A DNA stretch of 64,000 bases, taken from contig CAWEEQ010000004.1 of the NCBI GenBank assembly GCA_963808235.1, positions 3,712,001-3,776,000 on the forward strand, written 5' to 3'. The number at the start of each line of letters is the position of its first letter. The stretch's first letter is position 1. Below are positions 11,022 through 19,539 of this stretch, in pieces. The DNA comes from an uncultured delta proteobacterium. Its GTDB lineage: Bacteria > Desulfobacterota > Binatia > Binatales > Binataceae. Both the position numbers and the translations under genes were made by a program. A model generated the notes under the pieces. It was not told where the DNA came from and did no database searches. It worked only from the letters and a program-made list of their open reading frames with translations.

Positions 11022-11213
11022 CCGCCAGATTGTTTAACGAGCCCGGCCAGCGCGATATTACCGCTCTGTGAGCGCCGCGTTACCTGCTTGGTAAGCGGCC
11101 CATCTTATGCTATATGCCGCGCCGTACGCAGCCGTCTGGGGAGGCGGCGCCGCTGGCAGGAGCGAAGTGCGCGGGGGCGCTCTTGCCGGTTCCCTTCAGG
11201 AGGTATGGGGGAC

Positions 11214-11414
11214 ATGGCTAACGGCACGGTTAAGTGGTTCAGCCCTAAAAAGGGCTACGGCTTCATCACGATGGAGGACGGGCAGGAAGTGTTCGTCCAT
11301 TACAGCGCCATCGATGGGGCAGGATTCCGCTCGCTCGAACAGGGCGAGCGTGTCGAGTTCGAAGTCGCGCAGGGCCCAAAGGGACTGCAGGCATCGAACG
11401 TAAACAAGGGATAA
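11214..11414 (+). CDS. Cold-shock protein (CspA family)
   Basis: [18 protein letters not shown]...VFVHYSAI...[10 protein letters not shown]. Confidence 0.96.
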   Translation: MANGTVKWFSPKKGYGFITMEDGQEVFVHYSAIDGAGFRSLEQGERVEFEVAQGPKGLQASNVNKG

Positions 11415-11558
11415 GCGCAATAAGCGCTACCCACTCGGGAAACGCAGGGGGCGCTGAGCAACTGCGACGGTCCGGCATCTGAAAATGCGGGCCGTCGCGG
11501 TAGCGCGCGCTTGCGCCGCGAGATTTGACATTGCACGCACGCGCGCTATGACATCGGC

Positions 11559-12512
11559 ATGAGCGACGCACTTCCGCTGCGCAACAGTCTCCGCTTCGGC
11601 ACGATGATCGGACTCTCGGACCGCGAGCACGCGATCCGTGTCGTCGAGTCGATTTCACGATGGGGCTACGAAGTGGTGTGGACCGGCGATCACGTCGCGT
11701 TCACCGGCCCGATAAGCGACCCGCTGATCCAGCTGACTTATCTCTCGGCGCTCGATCCCAAACTCATTTTCGGCACCAGCGTTTATCTGCTGCCGCTCCG
11801 TCATCCGACTACCGTCGCCAAGATGGTCGCGACGGTCGATCGAATGCTCGGCGCGGGACACTTTATCTTCGGCGTTGGCGTCGGCGGCGAGTTCCCGCGC
11901 GAGTACGAGGCTTGCGGCGTGCCGATCAAGGAACGCGGCGGACGCGCGACCGAGGCGATTCAGTTGATCAAGCGGCTATGGACCGAGCCGCGCGTCGAGC
12001 ATCGCGGCAAATATTTCAGCTTCGGCGAAATCAGCATGCAGCCGCGTCCCGCGACGCCGGGCGGCCCGCCCATCTGGGTCGGCGGTCGTGCGGAGGGCCC
12101 GCTGAAACGCGCCGCCCGATTCGGCGACGGCTGGATGCCCTACGTCGTAACCGCCAAGCGCTACGCCGACGGAATGGATTTCATCGGCAAGGAGGTCGAG
12201 CGCATCGGCCGCAAGCTCGCGACCTTCGGCACCTCGATCCATTTGTTTTGCACTCTGGGCGCGACCGTCGAAGCGGCCCACGAGGTCGCGACCGAGCATC
12301 TGAGCAAGCGCTATGCGATGGACTTTCGCGAGCCCGCGCGGCGCTACTCGGCACTCGGCCGTCCAGCCGACGTTGCGGCCAAGATCAGCGAGTACATCAA
12401 GGCGGGTGCCCGCGACATCGGCGTCGACGCAGTCTGCCATCCCTCAGACCGCGACGCCCAACTAGAGCAATTCGCGCGCGAGGTAATCCCGCTACTGCGA
12501 CCCTCCCAATAG
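11559..12512 (+). CDS. LLM-class flavin/F420-dependent oxidoreductase
   Basis: VWTGDHV, LPLRHP, GVGVGGE, PPIWVGG, RAARFGDGW. Confidence 0.9.
   Translation: MSDALPLRNSLRFGTMIGLSDREHAIRVVESISRWGYEVVWTGDHVAFTGPISDPLIQLTYLSALDPKLIFGTSVYLLPLRHPTTVAKMVATVDRMLGAGHFIFGVGVGGEFPREYEACGVPIKERGGRATEAIQLIKRLWTEPRVEHRGKYFSFGEISMQPRPATPGGPPIWVGGRAEGPLKRAARFGDGWMPYVVTAKRYADGMDFIGKEVERIGRKLATFGTSIHLFCTLGATVEAAHEVATEHLSKRYAMDFREPARRYSALGRPADVAAKISEYIKAGARDIGVDAVCHPSDRDAQLEQFAREVIPLLRPSQ
12416..12500 (+). repeat. Direct repeat copy 1 (3' end of the LLM gene)
   Basis: Matches 13608-13692 at 78/85 nt. Confidence 0.95.
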
Positions 12513-12673
12513 CCTCGGTTGCATAGCGCTCTAGTACAACAGCTGGCTGTCCCTACCGAAAACACTAGGCAACGACTTTTCTTCCACAGGGAGTCGTTTT
12601 GAGCCGTTTAGAGCCACTGGTTGCCGCAGAACCTCACTTTTGATACTCCAGTGCCGCGGGGGTTGCTTCACTG

Positions 12674-13519
12674 ATGAAAACAAGACGGTCCTTGGGTCTA
12701 TCGATCCTTGTTGCCACGTCGCTCGCGATCCTTCCATCGCCGCATGGCGCATCGGCGCAGGACGTGAACGCGATAGTTGGCCGGCGCGCCTACGTGCCGC
12801 ACATTTTCGTGCGCGGCGGTAGCTCCAAGAGGACGAATAAGAACCTCATCGATCACGGTGGCCCGGTGCTACCGACCTCGCACGTCTATGCCCTCTTCTG
12901 GGGCCCGGTGCCACCTGACATTTCCGGCGCACTGGACTCGTTCTTTGAAGGCTTTGGCGGCAGCAGCTACGCAAACATCTTGACCCAGTACATGCGCGGA
13001 GTTCCGCCCGCTCCGCCAGCGTCGACCTACATGGTCCTTGCTTCGGATTCTTCCGCGCCGCCGGCGCATGCGCCTGCCGTCAGCACGATCGTCAACGAGA
13101 TCTGCTCGTCGCTGGGTGGCGAGCCGCCGGATCCTACAGGCGTGTACTTTGTAATCACTTCAAACTTTCCCAAGGCGGCGAACTTTTGCGCTTGGCATGC
13201 AAAGGGAACCTGCAACGGCGATCCGATTGCGGTGGGCTATCTGCCAAACATCACCGGGGTCAGCGGATGCGGCGTCACCCCTCTAGGTTCCAACCCGTTC
13301 AGCAGCGGCGGTCAGGCGATGGCGAACGATGCGGCGCACGAGTTGTCGGAATCGATCACCGATCAATTGCTGAATGCCTGGTACGATTCGGGCGGACAGG
13401 AGGTCGGCGACAAATGCGAGACGCAATACGGCAGCCCAGTGACGATCAACGGAATCGAATGGCGGCTTCAGGAGGAGTGGTCGAACATGAACTCCGGCTG
13501 CGTTCAGTCGATTCCGTAG
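12674..13519 (+). CDS. Secreted Cys-containing protein, Phi-1/EXORDIUM-like
   Basis: Signal peptide; HGGPVL, FCAWH, AHELSESITD, GQEVGDKC, LQEEWSN...C. Confidence 0.7.
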   Translation: MKTRRSLGLSILVATSLAILPSPHGASAQDVNAIVGRRAYVPHIFVRGGSSKRTNKNLIDHGGPVLPTSHVYALFWGPVPPDISGALDSFFEGFGGSSYANILTQYMRGVPPAPPASTYMVLASDSSAPPAHAPAVSTIVNEICSSLGGEPPDPTGVYFVITSNFPKAANFCAWHAKGTCNGDPIAVGYLPNITGVSGCGVTPLGSNPFSSGGQAMANDAAHELSESITDQLLNAWYDSGGQEVGDKCETQYGSPVTINGIEWRLQEEWSNMNSGCVQSIP

Positions 13520-13552
13520 GCGCTGAACTTACTATAATGCGGTGGTGCCGGA

Positions 13553-13582
13553 GGTTGAGTCATTGGCAGCTCTGACTCAACC
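13553..13582. terminator. Hairpin with 10-bp perfect stem downstream of the islet gene
   Basis: GGTTGAGTCA-N10-TGACTCAACC; no clear U tract. Confidence 0.4.
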
Positions 13583-13607
13583 AAATTCATCTCGAGTCGG
13601 ACTGCGT

Positions 13608-13698
13608 CATCGGCGTCGACGCAGTCTGCCATCCCTCAGATCGCGACGCGCAACTCGAACAATTCGCGCGCGAGGTAATCCCGCTCCTTCGTCTTTGA
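13608..13698 (+). repeat. Direct repeat copy 2: displaced 3' end of the LLM gene with its own stop codon
   Basis: Encodes IGVDAVCHPSDRDAQLEQFAREVIPLLRL*; the first 28 aa are identical to the C-terminus of the LLM protein. Confidence 0.95.
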
Positions 13699-13716
13699 GT
13701 CCGACCTTGGCTTCAA

Positions 13717-14536
13717 TCACTCCTTGATGAACGCGAGCAGGTCGGCGTTGATCGTGTCGGCTTGCGTAGTAGGAATGCCGTGCGGAAAGCCCTTGTAGGT
13801 CTTAAGCCGCCCGTTTTTCAGCAGCTTCGCTGACAACGGCCCTGCATCAGCGTAAGGAACGATCTGATCGTCATCCCCATGCATTACAAGCACCGGCACC
13901 GTGATCTTTTTGAGATCGCCGGTGAAATCGGTCTGTGAGAACGCGACGATACCATCATAGTGAGCCTTCGCCCCGCCCATCATGCCCTGACGCCACCAGT
14001 TCTGGATAATTGCCTCGGAGGCTTTCACGCCCGGTCGGTTGAAGCCATAGAAAGGCCCGGCAGGCAGGTCGCGATAGAATTGCGAGCGATTAGCCGCGAG
14101 CTGTGCTTGCAATCCGTCGAACACTTCCTTGGGCAGGCCGCCCGGATTGGCCGCCGTCTTCACCATCAACGGCGGCACCGCACTTATCAGCGCTGCCTTC
14201 GCAACCCGGCTCTCGCCATGCCGTCCCAGGTAGTGCGCAACCTCGCCGCCGCCCGTCGAGTGACCTACATGCACGGCATTCTTCAAATCGAGATGCGCGG
14301 TAAGCGCCGCAAGATCGTCAGCATAATGATCCATGTCGTGACCGTCGCCTGTTTGCGTGGACCGGCCGTGCCCGCGGCGGTCATGGGCGATCACGCGATA
14401 GCCGTGATTCAAGAAGAAGAGCATTTGCGTGTCCCAGTCATCCGCCGACAGCGGCCATCCATGGCTGAACACGATGGGCTGTTCCCCAATCCTTGTAGAA
14501 GATCTCAACGCCGTCTTTGGTCGTGATAATAGGCAT
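13717..14536 (-). CDS. Alpha/beta hydrolase, non-heme chloroperoxidase family (apparent frameshift near 14481)
   Basis: The true N-terminus [18 protein letters not shown] follows the RBS AAGGAG, then [30 protein letters not shown] and GFPHG. Confidence 0.9.
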
Positions 14537-14702
14537 GGCATCGTCTCCTTACTTTAGTTTGTTGGATTATTGCCGCGTGGCGCGGCTGACGCCAATGTCG
14601 CTCCAGCGGACGCTCGCATGGCGTGAAGATACGCAAAAGAACGCAGGCAAGACTTCCGCACCAGAGAGATATAGCGCGACAGGACAGCTTGTTCATGTCC
14701 AT

Positions 14703-14736
14703 TATTAAACCGTAGTATATATTAAACCGTAGTATA
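14703..14736. repeat. 17-bp perfect tandem duplication
   Basis: TATTAAACCGTAGTATA twice, upstream of the protease gene. Confidence 0.9.
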
Positions 14737-14769
14737 ACTTGATCAAAAGAAAAAAGGGCGGTCAGGGCA

Positions 14770-15500
14770 GTGAAAGAGTGGCACCAAGTTGTCAGTTCAA
14801 TCTCCCCATCTGTAGTAAAGATTGAAACCCCTGATGGGCATGGGACCGGTTTCTTATGCGCATATAACGCAGACAAAACTTTAGTTGGGATCGCAACCGC
14901 TCATCACGTCGTTGGGCATGCCGACAAATGGCAGCAACCAATTCGTATTCACAATCTAACTAAAGACACAACAATTTTTCTTCAGGAAGCTGACCGCGTA
15001 ATTATTCCAGACTCCTTAAAAGATTCGGCGGTTATCATTATCTTCTCGGAAGCCCGAATAAAGGCGCTTGATCTTCCAGAGGAACCGATAGGTTTCATCG
15101 CCCCGGGGAAGCATTCCATCACAGGTGTTGAAGTAGGTTGGCTAGGTTATCCTAGTATTGACCGGATATTCTGTCCTTTTTTCGCGCTTCAGCGCGTGGC
15201 AAGCGGCCAGTACGCGTATCCCATCATGGCGTCGCTAGCAATGGCCAGCGGCAAGACCGGCTTAGGCGGTATCAAACGACGGCGCACCGCCTCGAATCAT
15301 TGGTTCGTCACTGCGGATAGCCCATCGGAATCAGAGCGACGGTTCCGGGGCTTTCGATTGCTCAAGAGTTACTCACTTCCAGAAAGTCATAACCATGCTT
15401 AAAACTAGGGATGAAGCTGAGCGCAAGAAAAAGGAACAAGAAGCCGCTGCTGCTGTAGCGCCGTTAGCCACGCCCAGACCCCGCCCCTCCACCAGCCAAA
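14770..15500 (+). pseudogene. Trypsin-like serine peptidase, scrambled between about 15170 and 15370 (pseudogene or consensus artefact)
   Basis: SPSVVKI, GTGF, ATAHHV, KDSAVI, LGYP. The catalytic-Ser region survives only as fragments (GVA.NG.SG, PRIIGS) spread over several frames. The end is approximate. Confidence 0.75.
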
Positions 15501-15546
15501 TCGGGCTGATTACCAAAGCCGCCCACTACCTGATATTCCGCGCTCC

Positions 15547-15662
15547 GCAATCTTCACCCTCAACTACTGCATGCCGCACGAGAACGATCTGCCAATCTAC
15601 ATATGCCGCAGCCCAAAGCAGCCGTTATGCGACCTATGGCGCGTGCCAAGTCCTTCGGCTGA
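15547..15662 (+). pseudogene. Orphan 3'-end fragment resembling the C-terminus of GT39/ArnT-like membrane glycosyltransferases
   Basis: Reads AIFTLNYCMPHENDLPIYICRSPKQPLCDLW, then with a 1-nt shift RAKSFG*. The family was recognised from memory. Confidence 0.5.
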
Positions 15663-15869
15663 CCCTGTCTGGTTCCCCGCCCGCCCGTCCTTCTCTGCTA
15701 TCTCGATCGAGTTGGGTATCGCCCTGCGTAAGTAGAAAGGCTTTCGCTCAACTGCGAACCCGAACTCCTAGACAGTCTTTACTTCGGCGCCTACTGCAAG
15801 TAGATCGAAAGGGACGACCCGTTAACAAAATGCTTAGGCTCGGAGGTTGTTTTTACGCTCTGAAAGCAG

Positions 15870-17129
15870 ATGGCCGGAGGAATCAATACTCATGAGGAGG
15901 AGGAATTGGCCGCATATTTCGCTAGCCATTTGCGGCACGGAACCTGGTGGGAGAACCTTCTAGGTCATCTGGACACCAGTCAGGATCTTGATCTCAATCT
16001 CGGAAAGTTCAAGATACCACTGCCGTTGAGGCTAGTTCGCCCTTTCTCCACGACTGTATTAATGCGTAGCGTGGCGAGGCGATGAATCGCGACGAGACCC
16101 CATCCAAGATATACGAGATCTGAGCAGGCTGCGCACTACGTTCGGCTTTTCAGATCTGACGCTGGCGGACTTTGCGCAGAAGATCCGCGAGCAATATACA
16201 GAAATTCAGCATGAGCACGCGCCGATGCCCGATGGGTGCAGAGGCAGGTCGCCCAAGCCAATCTGGCGAGTTCTCCGCCGGCAGAAAAGTCGTCGGAGCT
16301 GATCCAAGCAGCGATCGCTCTGAGGAACGGGAATCATCAGGCAGTTGGATTTCTCTCATTTGATCCGGTTGCCGCAATCAACCTGGCAGATGAAATCTCA
16401 CGCTCAGCTCTCCGGGCGGCGGGCCTAGCGGTATGTACCGTCTTTGGCGGCGAATGTCATTTCAGCGCGAACCTCATGATTCCGGTCGCTAGCGATTCAC
16501 CTTTACCTGAACCAGCACAGCATTCTGAAGCAGCAACGGTGCGCGCGCGTGCGGATCAACTATGGAGAGGCATCCATTCGGACCGCCGCTTGGTCGTTGT
16601 CAGTGAGACAGAGCGGGCCGGGCATCTCGGCTTCTGGGTTCCCACAGCCCACGGTCGCAACTCTAATATTCTGCCTGGCGCACCTCGCACATTTCTGCAG
16701 ATGTCTGGGAACGCCGTATTCAAGGGTGACCTACCCAAGATTGAAGGCTTTCCGGAGGAGGTCGGAAAAAGATGGGCAGGGTACATGGAAGAGCACTTTA
16801 CAGAGCGCCTTTTTGTGTCGCTCCCACTCTTGGTCCCAGCGTCTACGATTTCCGGGACCGGCTCGGCGGTCGCGGCGGTCGTCAATATCAATGCGTCGCC
16901 GCAAAACGAGGAACTCTGGTACCGTGCGTACCATGAAGAATGGTTGAAAATCGCACAAAACAGGGTAGCGGAGCTTGCGGAGATTGCGTTTTACGCCATG
17001 CTGGTTAAGTTTGAGGCCGAGATGGCGTTGGGTAGTTCCTCGATTCGTATTGACACGGGATGTAGGCTCTGGGATAGACTCCCCGTTGCCGAAGTAGAAC
17101 GACGCTTACCAGGACCCCGCGATGAATAG
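15870..17129 (+). CDS. Hypothetical protein with possible GAF-like C-terminal domain; N-terminal part broken by frameshifts (16060-16235)
   Basis: Track ORFs 15870-16085 and 16236-17129 are bridged by a protein-like frame (DPIQDIRDLSRLR...FAQKIREQY). FVSLPL...AVVNINA resembles GAF strands. Confidence 0.5.
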
Positions 17130-17307
17130 AACAAAGTCCGCTGTTGGCTCTCCGGCTTCCCGCAAGCTGGTCATGGCTGTCTTGAAGCACGAGGCGCATC
17201 AAGTCCTCAATGCTGCCAACGAGTCTATCGATCGCGCAGAAGAGGCAGCCGGTGCGCATCTCATTATTAAAACTGAATCTCGTACGCCGGAGCGATCCAG
17301 CGAATAG
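17122..17307 (+). CDS. Small hypothetical protein
   Basis: Overlaps the upstream stop and has an AGGA RBS; 61 aa. Confidence 0.5.
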   Translation: MNRTKSAVGSPASRKLVMAVLKHEAHQVLNAANESIDRAEEAAGAHLIIKTESRTPERSSE

Positions 17308-17485
17308 CTCCGCTGAAACGCTTCGGCCGCCTCGATTTTGAATCAGAGGCGTGAGAGGACTAGGTTAAACATGGCGCTCCGCGCAATGCAGGAGGCGAGC
17401 GATCTGGCCAGCACTGACCTGCTCACTCCGGAACCTTCCGCTCTCCCTTATCCATCGGGCCGGACTCATTGCCTTGCCGCGTGGT

Positions 17486-18172
17486 TTAGATCTTTCTTCC
17501 TTGGCGACACTCAAGTGATCGAGTTTTCAGGGGCCAGACGCGATCCCATCTTCCGTCATGCAGGCGCGGGAAGACCGGCTTGCGATACGGGCGCTTGAAA
17601 GGTGCGTCGGGATAGCCCATCGGAATCAGAGCGATCAGCTGATATTCCGCGGGCACCCCAAGGAGCGCTTTGGTCTCCGGCTCGCGGCTGGTCAGCATCG
17701 TGGTCATCGCGGTGCCGACTCCGAGCGCGCGCGCCGCGAGCATCATTAGTTCGATAGCGGGAAAGATCGAGCCGTAAGTCGCGCCGAAGTTGAACAGATC
17801 GTTGGCGCTGCCGCGCTCGACGCGCATCTTGGGGCGATTGAGAAATACCAGGACGTGAACCGGAACGACGGCGAGCTGCGCCGCGAACTCGTCGCCAGTG
17901 CGGAGAGCCTTGACCGCTCGCGGCGACAGCGTGGTGCGGCCGCGAATGATCGCGGAGTCTTTGTACGGCCCCCAGACCGCTTCGTAGAGGTGCTGGATCT
18001 CGCGGCGCATCTGAAGATCGCGCACCACGACGAACTCCCACGGCTGCGCATTGGAACCCGACGGCGCCATGTTGGCAGTCTCGAGGATTTTCACGAGCTC
18101 GTGCTCCGCGATCGGGCGATCGAGAAATCGTCGCATCGTAGGCGTTGAAGTGGCGACTTCGAAGAAATCCAT
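17486..18172 (-). CDS. Nitroreductase family protein
   Basis: MRRF, APSGSNAQPWEFVVV, LAARALGVG, IPMGYP. Confidence 0.92.
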   Translation of the reverse strand: MDFFEVATSTPTMRRFLDRPIAEHELVKILETANMAPSGSNAQPWEFVVVRDLQMRREIQHLYEAVWGPYKDSAIIRGRTTLSPRAVKALRTGDEFAAQLAVVPVHVLVFLNRPKMRVERGSANDLFNFGATYGSIFPAIELMMLAARALGVGTAMTTMLTSREPETKALLGVPAEYQLIALIPMGYPDAPFKRPYRKPVFPRLHDGRWDRVWPLKTRSLECRQGRKI

Positions 18173-18194
18173 CAGCGGCCTCCGCGATGACTAG

Positions 18195-19268
18195 CTAGAT
18201 CAATTCGATTGGGAAGTCCGAGCGAGGCGTGACCCGGCCGACGATTGCGGCGTCGCGATGCCCCGATTTTTGCAGCTCCGCGAGCAGCGCCAGGGCTTGC
18301 GCATCGGGGAGCGCAATCAGCAAGCCGCCCGAGGTCTGCGGATCGAAAGCCAGCTCCGCGATCTGTTCCGAAACTTCGTCCGAGATTCGCAAGCTTGGCG
18401 CGTAGTACTCCCGATTGCGCACGCCGCCGCCTGGAATCATTCCTGCGCCGGACAGTTCGAGCGCGTCCGGCAGAAGAGGCAGGTCGGACTCCTCGAACAC
18501 GATTGTCACGCCGCTGCCCTCGGCCATCTTGAGCGCATGACCAACCAGACCGAATCCAGTGACGTCCGTCGCCGCGTGAACGTCGAACTTGAGCATCGCG
18601 AGCGCGGCGTCGGCATTGAGCTGAACCATCGAGCGCACCGCGGCCTGGTACGCTTCATCGGCGAGCTTGTCGCGCTTGAACGCGGTCATCAGGATTCCGG
18701 TGCCGAGCGCCTTGCTCAGCACCAGCGCGTCGCCGACTCGCGCGCCGACGTTGCGCACGATTCGGCGCGGATCGATCACGCCGGTAATCGCCATCCCGAA
18801 CTTCACTTCCTCGTCGGCAACGGTGTGGCCGCCGACAATTACGACGCCGGCTTCGCGCGCCTTCTCTGCGGCGCCGCGCAGAATCTCGGACAGCATCTCG
18901 CCGGGTAATCCGGTCTGTGGCCAGCACACGATGTTCAGCGCGGTGCGCGGCACTCCGCCCATCGCATAGACGTCAGAGAGCGCGTTGGCGGCCGAGATTT
19001 GTCCGTACGTGAACGGATCGTCGACGATTGGGGTGAAAAAGTCGACGGTATTCACGATCGCGAGATCGTCGGAAAGACGGAACACTCCGGCGTCGTCGCC
19101 GGTGGAAATTCCGACCAGCAAATCAGGATGGCTCGGCAAGTCGAGCCGCGCGAGGACTGCGGAAAGGTCCGCCGGACCGAGCTTACCGGCTCAACCCGCA
19201 GCCTTGCACCGCGCCGTCAGGCGAATCAGATCGCCCCGCGAGGGATTGTTGTCCTTCGTTTTGGACAT
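18195..19268 (-). CDS. selD: Selenophosphate synthetase SelD, selenocysteine-containing (UGA at 19193-19191, codon 26)
   Basis: In-frame MSKTKDNNPSRGDLIRLTARCKAAG-U-AGKLGPADL continues into DDAGV, TVDFFTPIVDDP, GGHT, TDVTGFGL and DPQTSGGLL. Confidence 0.96.
19166..19178 (-). promoter_or_regulatory. Bacterial SECIS-like hairpin of selD
   Basis: GGUCC-GGC-GGACC starting 12 nt after the UGA, with G in the apical loop. Confidence 0.7.
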
Positions 19269-19342
19269 CGCGGCTATTGTCGCGCATCGCAGGGGTGAAG
19301 TCAGCGGGTATGGGATTCGGATTCAGACCGCTACGCGCGGGG

Positions 19343-19365
19343 CGGCAGGGGTGACCCCTGCACCC
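19343..19365. repeat. REP-like palindromic repeat
   Basis: CGGCAGGGGTGACCCCTGCACCC, identical to 53045-53067. Confidence 0.85.
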
Positions 19366-19539
19366 GGTGTCCATTCAATCGCAAAGCAGCCCACAGAGCG
19401 CGAACGCCATTTTGCTCTCGGCCGCCTGGAAGATTTAACCTTCGAAAAAGTGGGCTGACTCTGTAGCTGCGAGATCACTTCATCGAACAGGAGTGTTCAA
19501 CACGCTCTGAACGACGGAGGACCTTACCGCGGACCGCGG

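Noticed and set aside
13553-13582. Integron attC site
   Set aside because: It is too short, has GTT before AAC rather than the RYYYAAC...GTTRRRY order, is not repeated, and there is no intI.
12416-13698. DGR template/variable repeat pair
   Set aside because: The mismatches are synonymous rather than adenine-specific, the target is a metabolic enzyme, and no reverse transcriptase is present.
16083-16214. Further selenocysteine UGA codons in the hypothetical gene
   Set aside because: There is no redox motif or SECIS-like hairpin, and a different frame gives more protein-like sequence.
19270-19539. tRNA-Sec (selC) between selB and selD
   Set aside because: No UCA anticodon arm, T-loop or acceptor stem was found on either strand.
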